Source of the DNA: Deferribacteres bacterium
GTDB taxonomy: Bacteria > Nitrospirota > Thermodesulfovibrionia > UBA6902
Reading direction: 5' to 3'
Length of the DNA: 42,048 nt
Assembly (NCBI GenBank): GCA_013152795.1
Contig: JAADFS010000032.1
Span: 1 to 42,048, forward strand
How positions within the stretch are numbered: position 1 is the first letter of the stretch; each line of letters starts with the position of its first letter. A program made the position numbers and the translations under genes. Of this stretch, positions 15,075-23,744 are shown in pieces. The notes under the pieces are model-generated. The model saw only the letters and a list, made by a program, of their open reading frames with translations. It ran no database searches and was not told where the DNA came from.

Positions 15075-16499
15075 ATGCATACTGCAAGGCTTAAAAAACT
15101 GGTAAAAGATCTCCGCCACCACGACTCCGCCAAAAGGCGCTATGCAGCCGAGGCGTTGTCAGAAGGAGATGAAAGGGCCGTTTATCCCCTGATAAAGGCC
15201 TTAAGGGATGAAAACTTCGGCGTTCAGGACGCTGCGATGCGCTCTCTCATGGAGATAAAGGGAGAGTCCACGGCATACATGCTGCTGCCGCTTTTAAGGG
15301 AAAACGCCTTCCTGCGGAATACAGCCATCATGATTATAAAGGAAATCGGCCGGGAAGCGGTCCCCCTCCTTGCCCCTTTATTGAGGGACCGCGATGATGA
15401 TGTCAGGAAGTTCGCCCTGGACCTCATCCAGGATATCAAACATTGTGATTATCCGGAAAAACTGGTGGACCTTCTCAAGAACGATCCCAACCCCAATGTC
15501 AGGGCCGCTGCTGCGAAGGCCTTGGGCGCATTGAGGTACCGTGCGGCGGAGCAGCAGCTCATGGAGGCGCTGAAAGACGAGGAATGGGTATGTTTTTCCG
15601 CCATAGAGGCCCTTACCGATCTGGGGGGCGACAGATGCCTGCAGTCGATTGAGGCCCTGCTGAGCAGCCCCTCGGAGGCCATAAGATTTGCAGCGCTTGA
15701 AGCACTGGGGAAAATCGGCTCTCCCAAGTCGGTCAAACCCCTTGTTGAGCATATATCAAAGACCGGTGGATATGAAAAAAACGCCGCCATAAAAAGCCTC
15801 GTGCGCATAGGGGATATTCCCTCGATACCCGGCATATCCGACAGTCTTGTTGAAATCATGAGGGATGGTGACTGGGAAGACCAGTTAATAGCGATAAAAG
15901 GCCTGGTTGCGCTTAAGGAGATAAGCGCGATTCCACATATGATCGATATAGCGGGCTCTTACGACACCTCTGTACCGGACAATGAGGAAAAGGTCTCAAT
16001 AATCAAGGAAGCCGTAAAGAGTCTCGACTGTAATGAGTATCTGTTGAATATTCTCAAGGACCGCTCCATGAAGTTCCGTGGAAGGTCCATCGCCGTGGAC
16101 ATAATAGGAGATTTGAAATGCAGGGAGGCTGTCCCCGCCCTTATAGAACTTCTGAAAGATGAATGCAGGGATGTCAAACGCTCTGCCGTGAATTCCCTCG
16201 GTAAAGCGGAAGGAGAGGAAGTAAAAGAGAGCCTTATCGATATGATTAATGAACATGACAGCCACGTCAGGAAGACGGCCGTTATCTCACTCGGCAAGAT
16301 AAGGGAAAAGGCCGCGTTCGAGCCTCTCATGAAATTTCTCCATAGAGAGAAATATCATGATGTTATCTGTGAGTTTGTAAAGGCACTGCTTAATATCAAC
16401 CCCTCTTTATTTCTGTCGCGCATACATGAATACAGTGATCATGTCAGGGAGATCGCCGCAGAATATGTATCGGATATCAAGACGGGGGCTTCATGCTGA
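15075..16499 (+). CDS. HEAT-repeat (PBS-lyase-type) protein, first gene of the che operon
   Basis: Reiterated D..VR.AA..ALG motifs (DPNPNVRAAAAKALGAL, EAIRFAALEALGKIG, HVRKTAVISLGKI). GAGG lies 6 nt before the ATG. Confidence 0.8.
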   Translation: MHTARLKKLVKDLRHHDSAKRRYAAEALSEGDERAVYPLIKALRDENFGVQDAAMRSLMEIKGESTAYMLLPLLRENAFLRNTAIMIIKEIGREAVPLLAPLLRDRDDDVRKFALDLIQDIKHCDYPEKLVDLLKNDPNPNVRAAAAKALGALRYRAAEQQLMEALKDEEWVCFSAIEALTDLGGDRCLQSIEALLSSPSEAIRFAALEALGKIGSPKSVKPLVEHISKTGGYEKNAAIKSLVRIGDIPSIPGISDSLVEIMRDGDWEDQLIAIKGLVALKEISAIPHMIDIAGSYDTSVPDNEEKVSIIKEAVKSLDCNEYLLNILKDRSMKFRGRSIAVDIIGDLKCREAVPALIELLKDECRDVKRSAVNSLGKAEGEEVKESLIDMINEHDSHVRKTAVISLGKIREKAAFEPLMKFLHREKYHDVICEFVKALLNINPSLFLSRIHEYSDHVREIAAEYVSDIKTGASC

Positions 16500-17317
16500 A
16501 CATTCCTCTTGTGGATTCAACATTCAAAGAGATAAGAGACTATATCTATGAAAAGAGCGGCATCTATATAGCCGACAACAAGAAGTATCTGATTGAAAAC
16601 AGGTTGTCGAGGATATTAAAGGAAAAAGGACTGAACAGTTTTGAGGAATATCTTGAGCTCCTCAGGTTCAGGGCCGACACCAATGAACTCAACAGGCTTT
16701 TTGACGCCATAACCACAAATGAGACATATTTTTTCAGGGAGGCGGAACAGTTCTATGTGCTTTCTGACAATATATTGCCGAAGCTGATGGCACAGAAAAA
16801 AAACCCGAAAAATATCAGGATATGGTCCGCGGCCTGCTCAACCGGAGAAGAACCATACACGATTTCAATAATCCTGATGGAGAAGATGCTTAATCCGCGG
16901 CAGATTGAAATATGTGCCTCGGATATAAGCGAAGGGGTGCTTAACTCGGCGAAAAGGGCTGTATACAATTCATATTCAGTCAGAAATATCCCTGAGGCGT
17001 ACCTGAAAAAGTATTTTTTAAACAGTGACCAGTCTTATGCCCTGAAGCCTTCGGTCAAAAACACGGTCAAGTTTATGAACGTAAATCTTGTTGATGACAA
17101 AAAACTGAGGGCATTCCGCGGAATGGACGTTATCTTCTGCCGGAACGTCCTGATATATTTTGACAACAAGGCAAAACAGAAAGCCGTGTCAAATATCTAC
17201 AACAGCTTGAATCCCGGCGGTTATTTGTTCATAGGGTCTTCTGAAAGCCTCCATAATGTTACAATGGCATTCAGACCGAATGTTATAAACAAGGTAATCG
17301 CATATCAGAAGGTGTGA
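16493..17317 (+). CDS. cheR: Chemotaxis protein methyltransferase CheR
   Basis: ETYFFRE, IWSAACSTGEEPYTI and VIFCRNVLIYFD (SAM-binding) motifs. It overlaps the HEAT gene by 7 nt. Confidence 0.9.
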   Translation: MLNIPLVDSTFKEIRDYIYEKSGIYIADNKKYLIENRLSRILKEKGLNSFEEYLELLRFRADTNELNRLFDAITTNETYFFREAEQFYVLSDNILPKLMAQKKNPKNIRIWSAACSTGEEPYTISIILMEKMLNPRQIEICASDISEGVLNSAKRAVYNSYSVRNIPEAYLKKYFLNSDQSYALKPSVKNTVKFMNVNLVDDKKLRAFRGMDVIFCRNVLIYFDNKAKQKAVSNIYNSLNPGGYLFIGSSESLHNVTMAFRPNVINKVIAYQKV

Positions 17318-17319
17318 AA

Positions 17320-17460
17320 ATGATGACTGTAAGATGTAAAAACCAGGATGCAGGACTAAAAGAGGATTTTGAAATATCTGAACCCGGGGTGCTCTATCAG
17401 GCAGGGACTATGTTTTCGGGACCGGGGTTCAGAGTCTTTGCTGGGGGGGTGATTCAATGA
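17320..17460 (+). CDS. Possible 46-aa small ORF that exactly fills the cheR-REC gap
   Basis: The ATG is 2 nt after the cheR stop, with AAGGTG 5 nt upstream. The stop overlaps the next ATG (ATGA at 17457-17460). The product is MMTVRCKNQDAGLKEDFEISEPGVLYQAGTMFSGPGFRVFAGGVIQ. It is below the ORF-track length cutoff. The same DNA also holds an inverted repeat, so an RNA-structure explanation competes. Confidence 0.3.
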   Translation: MMTVRCKNQDAGLKEDFEISEPGVLYQAGTMFSGPGFRVFAGGVIQ

Positions 17461-17840
17461 ATATTCTGGTGGTGGACGATTGCCAGACAACAAGAAAACT
17501 CCTGGGTCATTACCTGAAGACAAGGGGATACCAGGTGGTATTTGCGGAAAATGGTCTCGATGCCCTGGAAAAACTCGGCACACACAAGATAAATCTCATA
17601 CTGACGGACCTGAATATGCCGTATATGGACGGGATGGAATTCATAAGAACACTGAGGGCCGACCCGAATCTCGCGGATATTCCGGTACTAATGGTTACGA
17701 CCGAAAATGACGATGCAGAGAGGGAGAAGGCATTTAACTGTGGTGTGAACGGATATGTTGTGAAACCGATAACAGGAGACGTAATAGCACAGAACATAAA
17801 GAATATTTTAAAGGACATGTTTGCAAAAGGAGGTGTTTGA
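17457..17840 (+). CDS. Single-domain response regulator (CheY-like REC)
   Basis: Contains VVDD, TDLNMPYMDG and VVKP motifs. 127 aa. Confidence 0.9.
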   Translation: MNILVVDDCQTTRKLLGHYLKTRGYQVVFAENGLDALEKLGTHKINLILTDLNMPYMDGMEFIRTLRADPNLADIPVLMVTTENDDAEREKAFNCGVNGYVVKPITGDVIAQNIKNILKDMFAKGGV

Positions 17841-18230
17841 ATGTCTGATTTGAATATAAAAATACTCGTCGTTGACGACTTCTCAACAATGAGAAGGATC
17901 GTCAAGAACCTTCTCAGGCAACTGGGATACATAAATATCGAAGAGGCGGAAGACGGCGCGCAGGCATATTCCAAATTAAAAAACGGAGGATTCGGTTTTG
18001 TTGTCAGTGACTGGAACATGCCCAATATGGACGGGCTTGCCCTTTTAAAAAAGATGAGGAGCGACGAGGAGTTGAAAGATATACCCGTTCTCATGGTCAC
18101 CGCCGAAGCTGAAAAAGACAAGGTCGTGACAGCCATACAGGCCGGCGTCAACAACTACATAGTCAAGCCGTTTACAGGCGAAGTCCTCAAGGAGAAGATA
18201 GACAAGATATTTGAAAAAATCGGTAAGTAA
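17841..18230 (+). CDS. cheY: Chemotaxis response regulator CheY
   Basis: Collinear with E. coli CheY: [58 protein letters not shown]. Confidence 0.95.
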   Translation: MSDLNIKILVVDDFSTMRRIVKNLLRQLGYINIEEAEDGAQAYSKLKNGGFGFVVSDWNMPNMDGLALLKKMRSDEELKDIPVLMVTAEAEKDKVVTAIQAGVNNYIVKPFTGEVLKEKIDKIFEKIGK

Positions 18231-18241
18231 CGGAGAAGAAA

Positions 18242-20035
18242 ATGCCTGATGAAATGGAAGAGATAATATCCGAGTTTATTACGGAAGCCGAGGAGTCCCT
18301 TGACAGGATAGAACCCCTGTTTGTCGAGCTCGAGCAAAAGGGCCATGATGCGGATATGCTCAACGATATATTCAGGTCCATGCATACCATCAAGGGAGCG
18401 GCGGGGTTCCTTGGTTTTCAGTCGATAGTGGATGTTGCGCACTCATCGGAAAATATAATGAAAAAGCTGAGGGACGGCGAAATCACGCTGTCAAAGCGGT
18501 TGATGGATGTGATCCTCAAGGCTATTGACATGCTGAGACTGCTCCTTGAGCATTTAAGGGAAAAAGACGGCATAGAAGAGGATGTAGCGCCGCTGACGCA
18601 GGAACTGGAAAATGTCCTCAAGGAGAGTTTATCAGGTTCACCGGATGGTGGAGTTACCGTAGAAACCCGGGAAAAAGAAAAAGATGAAACCTCCCGGCCG
18701 CAGGATGATAATGCAGTAAGTAACGGAGAGCCGGCTCCTTCGCACGGTGATGAAACTCAAAGACACGGTGAAGAGGATAATGCGGAAAAACCCGGCGAAC
18801 CCGCGCAGGTACACAAGGATACCTCCCACAAGGCAAAGGAGGCCGCACAGAATCTCCGCGTGGATGTCGAGAGGATAGACAAGGTCATGGACCTTGCAGG
18901 CGAGATGGTTCTCATAAGGAACAGGCTTCTGAATATATCCCATTACTTTGATCTGAACTACAGCAGCGACACACAGACTGAGACATTGATGGAGGCGGTC
19001 TCGTTTCTGGACCGCGTGACATCGGACATGCAGCTTGCCGTCATGAAGATAAGGATGCAGCCGATCCAGAAGGTGTTCAGCAAGTTTCCGAGGCTTGTAA
19101 GAGACATTTCAGCCTCTGTAAATAAAAAGGTCGAAATAGAGATTTACGGCGAGGGCACAGAGGTGGATAAATCCGTGATAGAGCATATCGGCGACCCGAT
19201 GACCCACATACTGAGAAATTCCATTGACCACGGTATTGAGTCCCCTGAGGAAAGAATCGCAAAAGGAAAACCTGAGAAAGGTAAGATCGTTGTAAACACC
19301 TATCAGAAAGGCAATCAGATCGTCATTGAGATTACGGATGACGGAAAGGGGATAGACATTGAAAAACTGAAGGAAAAGGCTGTTGAAAAAGGCATGTTAA
19401 CAGAGGAGGAAGCCTCCAAAATGTCCGACGAGGCCGCGGTAAATATAATTTTCATGCCCGGTTTTTCCACCAAGGAAACCGCAACCGAGCTCAGCGGCCG
19501 CGGTGTCGGGATGGATGTTGTAAATAACAATATCTCACTGTTGAACGGCTATGTCGAGGTGTCGACCCAGAAAGACAAGGGCTCGACCTTCAGGATATGC
19601 ATACCCCTGACACTGGCGATAATACAGGCATTAATGGTCGAGGTGGCCGGCATAAAATATGCCATACCCCTCTCACCCATAGAAGAAACACTGAAGATAT
19701 CAAAGGATGAGGTAGACAACATAACGGGTCAGGATGTGATAGTCATCCGCAACAAGGTCTGCCCGCTGTTCGAGCTTAACGGCATCCTGGGCACAGGCTC
19801 CAACGGTGGCCACGACAGAGATCACAAGTACGTGGTGGTTATTTCCCTGGGTGAAAAGAAATTCTGTCTTGCCGTGGACAAACTGCTGGGGCAGGAGGAG
19901 GTTGTAATAAAGACCCTTGAGGGAATAGATACAGCATCTTCGTATGTTCTCGGCGCATCCATAACCGGCGACGGCAAGATTGTCTTCATACTGGATGTTA
20001 CGGCGATGTCGAGGAGCCTTGTTGAAGCAACATGA
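18242..20035 (+). CDS. cheA: Chemotaxis histidine kinase CheA
   Basis: An Hpt domain (FRSMHTIKGAAGFLG), an acidic linker, a dimerisation/HATPase domain (HILRNSIDHGIE, DDGKGID, GRGVGMDVV) and a C-terminal CheW-like domain. Confidence 0.95.
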   Translation: MPDEMEEIISEFITEAEESLDRIEPLFVELEQKGHDADMLNDIFRSMHTIKGAAGFLGFQSIVDVAHSSENIMKKLRDGEITLSKRLMDVILKAIDMLRLLLEHLREKDGIEEDVAPLTQELENVLKESLSGSPDGGVTVETREKEKDETSRPQDDNAVSNGEPAPSHGDETQRHGEEDNAEKPGEPAQVHKDTSHKAKEAAQNLRVDVERIDKVMDLAGEMVLIRNRLLNISHYFDLNYSSDTQTETLMEAVSFLDRVTSDMQLAVMKIRMQPIQKVFSKFPRLVRDISASVNKKVEIEIYGEGTEVDKSVIEHIGDPMTHILRNSIDHGIESPEERIAKGKPEKGKIVVNTYQKGNQIVIEITDDGKGIDIEKLKEKAVEKGMLTEEEASKMSDEAAVNIIFMPGFSTKETATELSGRGVGMDVVNNNISLLNGYVEVSTQKDKGSTFRICIPLTLAIIQALMVEVAGIKYAIPLSPIEETLKISKDEVDNITGQDVIVIRNKVCPLFELNGILGTGSNGGHDRDHKYVVVISLGEKKFCLAVDKLLGQEEVVIKTLEGIDTASSYVLGASITGDGKIVFILDVTAMSRSLVEAT

Positions 20036-20057
20036 CAGAGCAGGAAGAGAATCTTTC

Positions 20058-21326
20058 ATGGAAGGTAATCGATCCGAGGAGGTTTCAGTGGAACAGTATA
20101 TAGGATTTAAACTCAACGCGGGTGAATATATGATCCCGATTTTAACGGTTCGCGAGATATTGAAAATGCCCGCTGTTACAGAACTGCCGCAATTGCCGCC
20201 GTATATAAAAGGTGTTACAAACATCAGGGGGTCCATTATTCCGATAATAAATCTGAAAAGCCTTTTAAATGCACCGGGAGACGAAAATACATCCGATACG
20301 GTGATCGTTATTTCCGCCGGAAAGGTGGCCTTCGGTATCATCGTGGATTCAATAACAGGTGTCATCAAGGCCGATGGATCCAGCATAGAGCCGCCCGAGA
20401 GGTTCGCCGGCAACGGTGCAGAACATGTTCAGGGGGTGGCAAAGATAAACGGAAAGCTGATAGTCCTGCTCGATACCGGGAAACTGCTTCCCCTGGACGA
20501 TATGAGCCTCCTGAATGATGCCATAGTTGAAGTATCGGAGACGGACGACGGCGACAAAGTGCAGGTTGTCAAAGAGGTTGAAACCTCCGGAGGGAAGATC
20601 ACGGTCACCGAGTTGCATGACGCCAGGGAGTATTTCGATGCCAATATTGACGAGAACGATCCGAGGCACAATATATTCAAGTTGATGCTGGACTTCATGG
20701 ATGCCCTGTCATCTCACGAATACGACAAGTTGGAAGGAATAATCAACCAGTTGATCAAGGCAACGGACAGCGACCTGTTCAAGGAAGTGGGCAGGATAAC
20801 GAGAAAGCTTCACAATTCGCTGGATGAATTCAAAGGCGCCATAAATCACGGCCTTGAAAGACTCACCAAGACGGATGTCCCGGATGCCGTTGACAAGCTC
20901 CAGTTCGTAATCAAGAAAACAGAAGATGCCGCCAACAAGACAATGGGAATCGTCGAGAGATATTTTGAGGAGTCCGATACCTTTTCAAGGCATATTGAAA
21001 ATATAAAAGGACACGATGAATCAGTGAATTATCTGAAGACATTCAAGGCTTCGCTGGATAATGACATGACGGATATTCTTACGGCCCAGCAGTTTCAGGA
21101 TATCATAGGCCAGACCATCAAAAAGGTTATTCAACTCGTGCACGATGTGGAATCCGAGTTGCTCACATTAATAGGCAAATTCGGGGTCCAGGTCAAAACC
21201 GCTTCGGAAACAGACACCGGAGGTCAGGCTTCAAACCGGGATAAAACGGATGTACATAAGGAGAAAACCGTTGAGAAGATCACACAGTCCGATGTGGAAG
21301 GACTCCTGAACGAGTTCGGTTTCTGA
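20058..21326 (+). CDS. CheW-domain / CheZ-phosphatase fusion protein
   Basis: The N-terminal ~150 aa form a CheW domain (YIGFKL..EYMIPILTVREI..IKGVTNIRGSIIPIINLK..GIIVDSITGV). The C-terminus matches CheZ: TAQQFQDIIGQTIKKVIQLVHDVESELL versus E. coli AQDFQDLTGQVIKR.., and the terminal QSDVEGLLNEFGF versus the E. coli CheY-P-binding peptide QDQVDDLLDSLGF. I place the start at ATG 20058 rather than 19980, which lies inside cheA. Confidence 0.8.
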   Translation: MEGNRSEEVSVEQYIGFKLNAGEYMIPILTVREILKMPAVTELPQLPPYIKGVTNIRGSIIPIINLKSLLNAPGDENTSDTVIVISAGKVAFGIIVDSITGVIKADGSSIEPPERFAGNGAEHVQGVAKINGKLIVLLDTGKLLPLDDMSLLNDAIVEVSETDDGDKVQVVKEVETSGGKITVTELHDAREYFDANIDENDPRHNIFKLMLDFMDALSSHEYDKLEGIINQLIKATDSDLFKEVGRITRKLHNSLDEFKGAINHGLERLTKTDVPDAVDKLQFVIKKTEDAANKTMGIVERYFEESDTFSRHIENIKGHDESVNYLKTFKASLDNDMTDILTAQQFQDIIGQTIKKVIQLVHDVESELLTLIGKFGVQVKTASETDTGGQASNRDKTDVHKEKTVEKITQSDVEGLLNEFGF

Positions 21327-21376
21327 AAGGGGCCGGGTGGAGAGCCTGAAGTAATTAAATGAACAGGAGGTAAAAA

Positions 21377-21832
21377 ATGTCAACTGCAACGGCAGGGGAA
21401 GAGATACTGCAACTGGTCTCATTTACCCTTAAAGACGAGGAATACGCGGTGGACATCCTGAATGTCCAGGAGATAAACAGGATAACCGAGATAACACAGG
21501 TGCCGAACTCACCGGATTATGTTGAAGGGGTAATCAATCTGAGGGGAAAGGTAATGCCTGTAATAAACCTCAGGAAAAAATTCGGCATAGAAGAAAAAGA
21601 GACGGATGATACATCAAGGATAATAATAATGGACATCCAGGGGGTCACAAACGGCCTGATAGTGGATTCCGTGTCAGAGGTGCTGAGAATCCCGGCGGAC
21701 ATAGTGGAGCCGCCGCCTCAGATATCATCCGGTTTGAACAGCAGATTCATAAAAGGCATTGCAAAACTTGACAACAGGCTCATAATACTTATTGACATCA
21801 ACAAGCTCCTGGGTGACGGTGTAGAGGTGTGA
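21377..21832 (+). CDS. cheW: Chemotaxis coupling protein CheW
   Basis: 151 aa. LVSFTLKDEEYAVDILNVQEI..VEGVINLRGKVMPVINLR..GLIVDSVSEV. AGGAGG lies upstream. Confidence 0.9.
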   Translation: MSTATAGEEILQLVSFTLKDEEYAVDILNVQEINRITEITQVPNSPDYVEGVINLRGKVMPVINLRKKFGIEEKETDDTSRIIIMDIQGVTNGLIVDSVSEVLRIPADIVEPPPQISSGLNSRFIKGIAKLDNRLIILIDINKLLGDGVEV

Positions 21833-21838
21833 GAGAAT

Positions 21839-22083
21839 AATCTTAATATTGCATAAACGCGGCAGGAGAGTTGGGGGAACAAAGTTCAGAGTTCAAAGTT
21901 CGGAGTTCAAAGTTAAAGGTTCAGGCTGCGGTTGTCAGGGTGCAGGAAGAAACAAGTCCCCCCTCCCTTTGGGAGGGGGTCAGGGGGAGGGGGCTGAGCT
22001 GTTAGCACTGAAGGTATCGCAGATAAAGCTTTTACGGGAGCCTCTCCTGTGCTGCCGGCAATGTTTTTGTGCCACTGTAGGGT
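21839..22083 (-). repeat. ACCTTA-hairpin mosaic element with heptamer-microsatellite and G-rich cargo, inside the che operon
   Basis: Order of parts: ATCTTAATATTGCATAAACGCGGCAGGAGAG; GGGGAACAA; (AGTTCRR)x6 at 21882-21923; GCGGTTGTCAGGGTGCAGG; the G-module; ATCGCAGATAAAGC; GTGCCACTGTAGGGT. Confidence 0.85.
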
Positions 22084-22110
22084 AAAGGTAAAGATAAAGA
22101 GAAAATAAAG

Positions 22111-23154
22111 ATGATAAAGGTACTGATTGTAGATGACTCGGCGTTCATGAGGAATACCCTCTCCGGCATGATTTCAACAGACCCTGAAATCAGAGTTGTG
22201 GGTACTGCGAGAAACGGGCTTGAGGCCGTGGAGAAAGTCGCTGATCTGAAGCCGGATATCGTAACGATGGACGTGGAAATGCCGGTAATGGACGGCATCG
22301 AGGCGCTGAAGCACATAATGGCGAGGAATCCCGTCCCCGTGCTCATGGTCAGTTCATTAACCACCGAAGATGCAAAGGTGACACTTGATGCACTTGACCT
22401 GGGAGCCGTTGATTTCGTATCCAAGAACCTGTCCGATCTCTCCATCAACATAGTGAAAATCAAGGACATCCTCATAGAAAAAATCAAGGCCGTCGCCAGA
22501 AACGGTCGGGTATCAAAAAAGAGGCCGGATATAGCTTCAAAACCGCTTGATATGCCGAGGCGGGGACTTAAGACAGTTCACAGGAAGATAGGCATCGTTG
22601 CCATCGGCACATCCACCGGCGGCCCTAGGGCATTACAGCATATACTGAGCAGGATTCCGAAAGACTTCCCCGTCCCCATACTTATAGCCCAGCACATGCC
22701 CGCGGCATTCACCGGCCCGTTCGCGGAAAGGCTCAACCAGTTGAGCGCCATTGAAGTAAAGGAAGCGGAACACGGGGAACCTGTCAGAAAAGGCGTGGCG
22801 TTTATAGCTCCCGGTATCGGACATATGGGCGTTACCCGCAGGAAAATAACAGAGACACTGATAACCATATCAGAAGACAATGGAACATATATATATAAAC
22901 CTTCTGTTGATATGCTCATGCTGTCGGCTGTGGAGTACTATTCCGGCCAGGTGCTCGGCGTAATTCTCACGGGACTGGGAAGCGACGGCTCAAGGGGCAT
23001 GAAAGAGATCAAGAACAAAGGTGGGAAAACCATTGCGGAGAGCAAAGAGACGTGCGTTGTCTACGGCATGCCGAAAGCCGTGGTAGAGGCGGGGATTGCC
23101 GACAAAATAGCCCCCCTCGATGAAATAGCCGGAGAGATCATCAACTCTGTGTAA
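22111..23154 (+). CDS. cheB: Chemotaxis methylesterase/deamidase CheB (REC + esterase)
   Basis: REC domain (VLIVDDSAFMR, DVEMPVMDG) plus an esterase domain (IGTSTGGPRAL, AQHMP, GLGSDGSRG). Confidence 0.95.
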   Translation: MIKVLIVDDSAFMRNTLSGMISTDPEIRVVGTARNGLEAVEKVADLKPDIVTMDVEMPVMDGIEALKHIMARNPVPVLMVSSLTTEDAKVTLDALDLGAVDFVSKNLSDLSINIVKIKDILIEKIKAVARNGRVSKKRPDIASKPLDMPRRGLKTVHRKIGIVAIGTSTGGPRALQHILSRIPKDFPVPILIAQHMPAAFTGPFAERLNQLSAIEVKEAEHGEPVRKGVAFIAPGIGHMGVTRRKITETLITISEDNGTYIYKPSVDMLMLSAVEYYSGQVLGVILTGLGSDGSRGMKEIKNKGGKTIAESKETCVVYGMPKAVVEAGIADKIAPLDEIAGEIINSV

Positions 23155-23161
23155 TGACCTT

Positions 23162-23266
23162 ACCTTAATGTTGCATAAACGTGCAGGAGGGTTGCGGACA
23201 GATAAAGCTTTTCCGGCAGGCTCCCTTGCCCGCCGGTGATATTTTTATGCCACTGTACTGTAAGGT
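23162..23266 (-). repeat. ACCTTA-hairpin mosaic element, two-hairpin copy without cargo
   Basis: ACCTTAATGTTGCATAAACGTGCAGGAGGGTTGCGG..GATAAAGCTTTTCCGGCAGGCTCCCTTGCC..ATGCCACTGTACTGTAAGGT. Confidence 0.8.
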
Positions 23267-23355
23267 GAACGTTAAAGGTTTCTCCACTGTCTGCCGATAA
23301 GAAATACAGCAGGATAGAATGACATGAATGTATCAGGAGAAGACAGGAGGTGCAA

Positions 23356-23667
23356 ATGTCAAAACTGAACTGCTGGGAAATAAAAAAATGCGGCAGGGAG
23401 CCCGGAGGGGCCAAGAATCAGGACCTCGGCATCTGTCCGGCTGCCTCGGAGACATCGTGCAACGGTATAAACAGCGGCAAAAACGCCGGCAGGATATGCT
23501 GGGCCATAGCCGGCACCTTTTGCGGGGGCAAAGTACAGGGTGATTTTGCCCAGAAGTCGGTATCCTGTATGTCATGTGAAGTATTGAAGAAGGTCAGGGA
23601 GGAAGAGGGCGTTGACAATTTCACCCTCTTGAGACCCGGACAGGTCTATCAGGCGTCATTCAAATAG
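23356..23667 (+). CDS. Stand-alone two-CW-domain Cys-rich protein
   Basis: NCWEIKKCGREPGG..CPAA..GINSGKNAGRICWAIAGTFCGGKVQG..CMSCEV matches the two-CW pattern known from the N-termini of signalling proteins. AGGAGG lies 5 nt before ATG 23356. Confidence 0.7.
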   Translation: MSKLNCWEIKKCGREPGGAKNQDLGICPAASETSCNGINSGKNAGRICWAIAGTFCGGKVQGDFAQKSVSCMSCEVLKKVREEEGVDNFTLLRPGQVYQASFK

Positions 23668-23683
23668 GATTACAATACGGCAC

Positions 23684-23724
23684 AGCCCCTTCCCCCTGTA
23701 GGGAGGAAGCATGGGGAAGGGGCT
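23684..23724. terminator. Hairpin between convergent genes (two-CW gene / flgE)
   Basis: AGCCCCTTCCCC (23684-23695) and GGGGAAGGGGCT (23713-23724) form a perfect 12-bp stem with a 17-nt loop. There is no clear U-tract. Confidence 0.5.
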
Positions 23725-23744
23725 GATGTCACGACAGGTTTATC

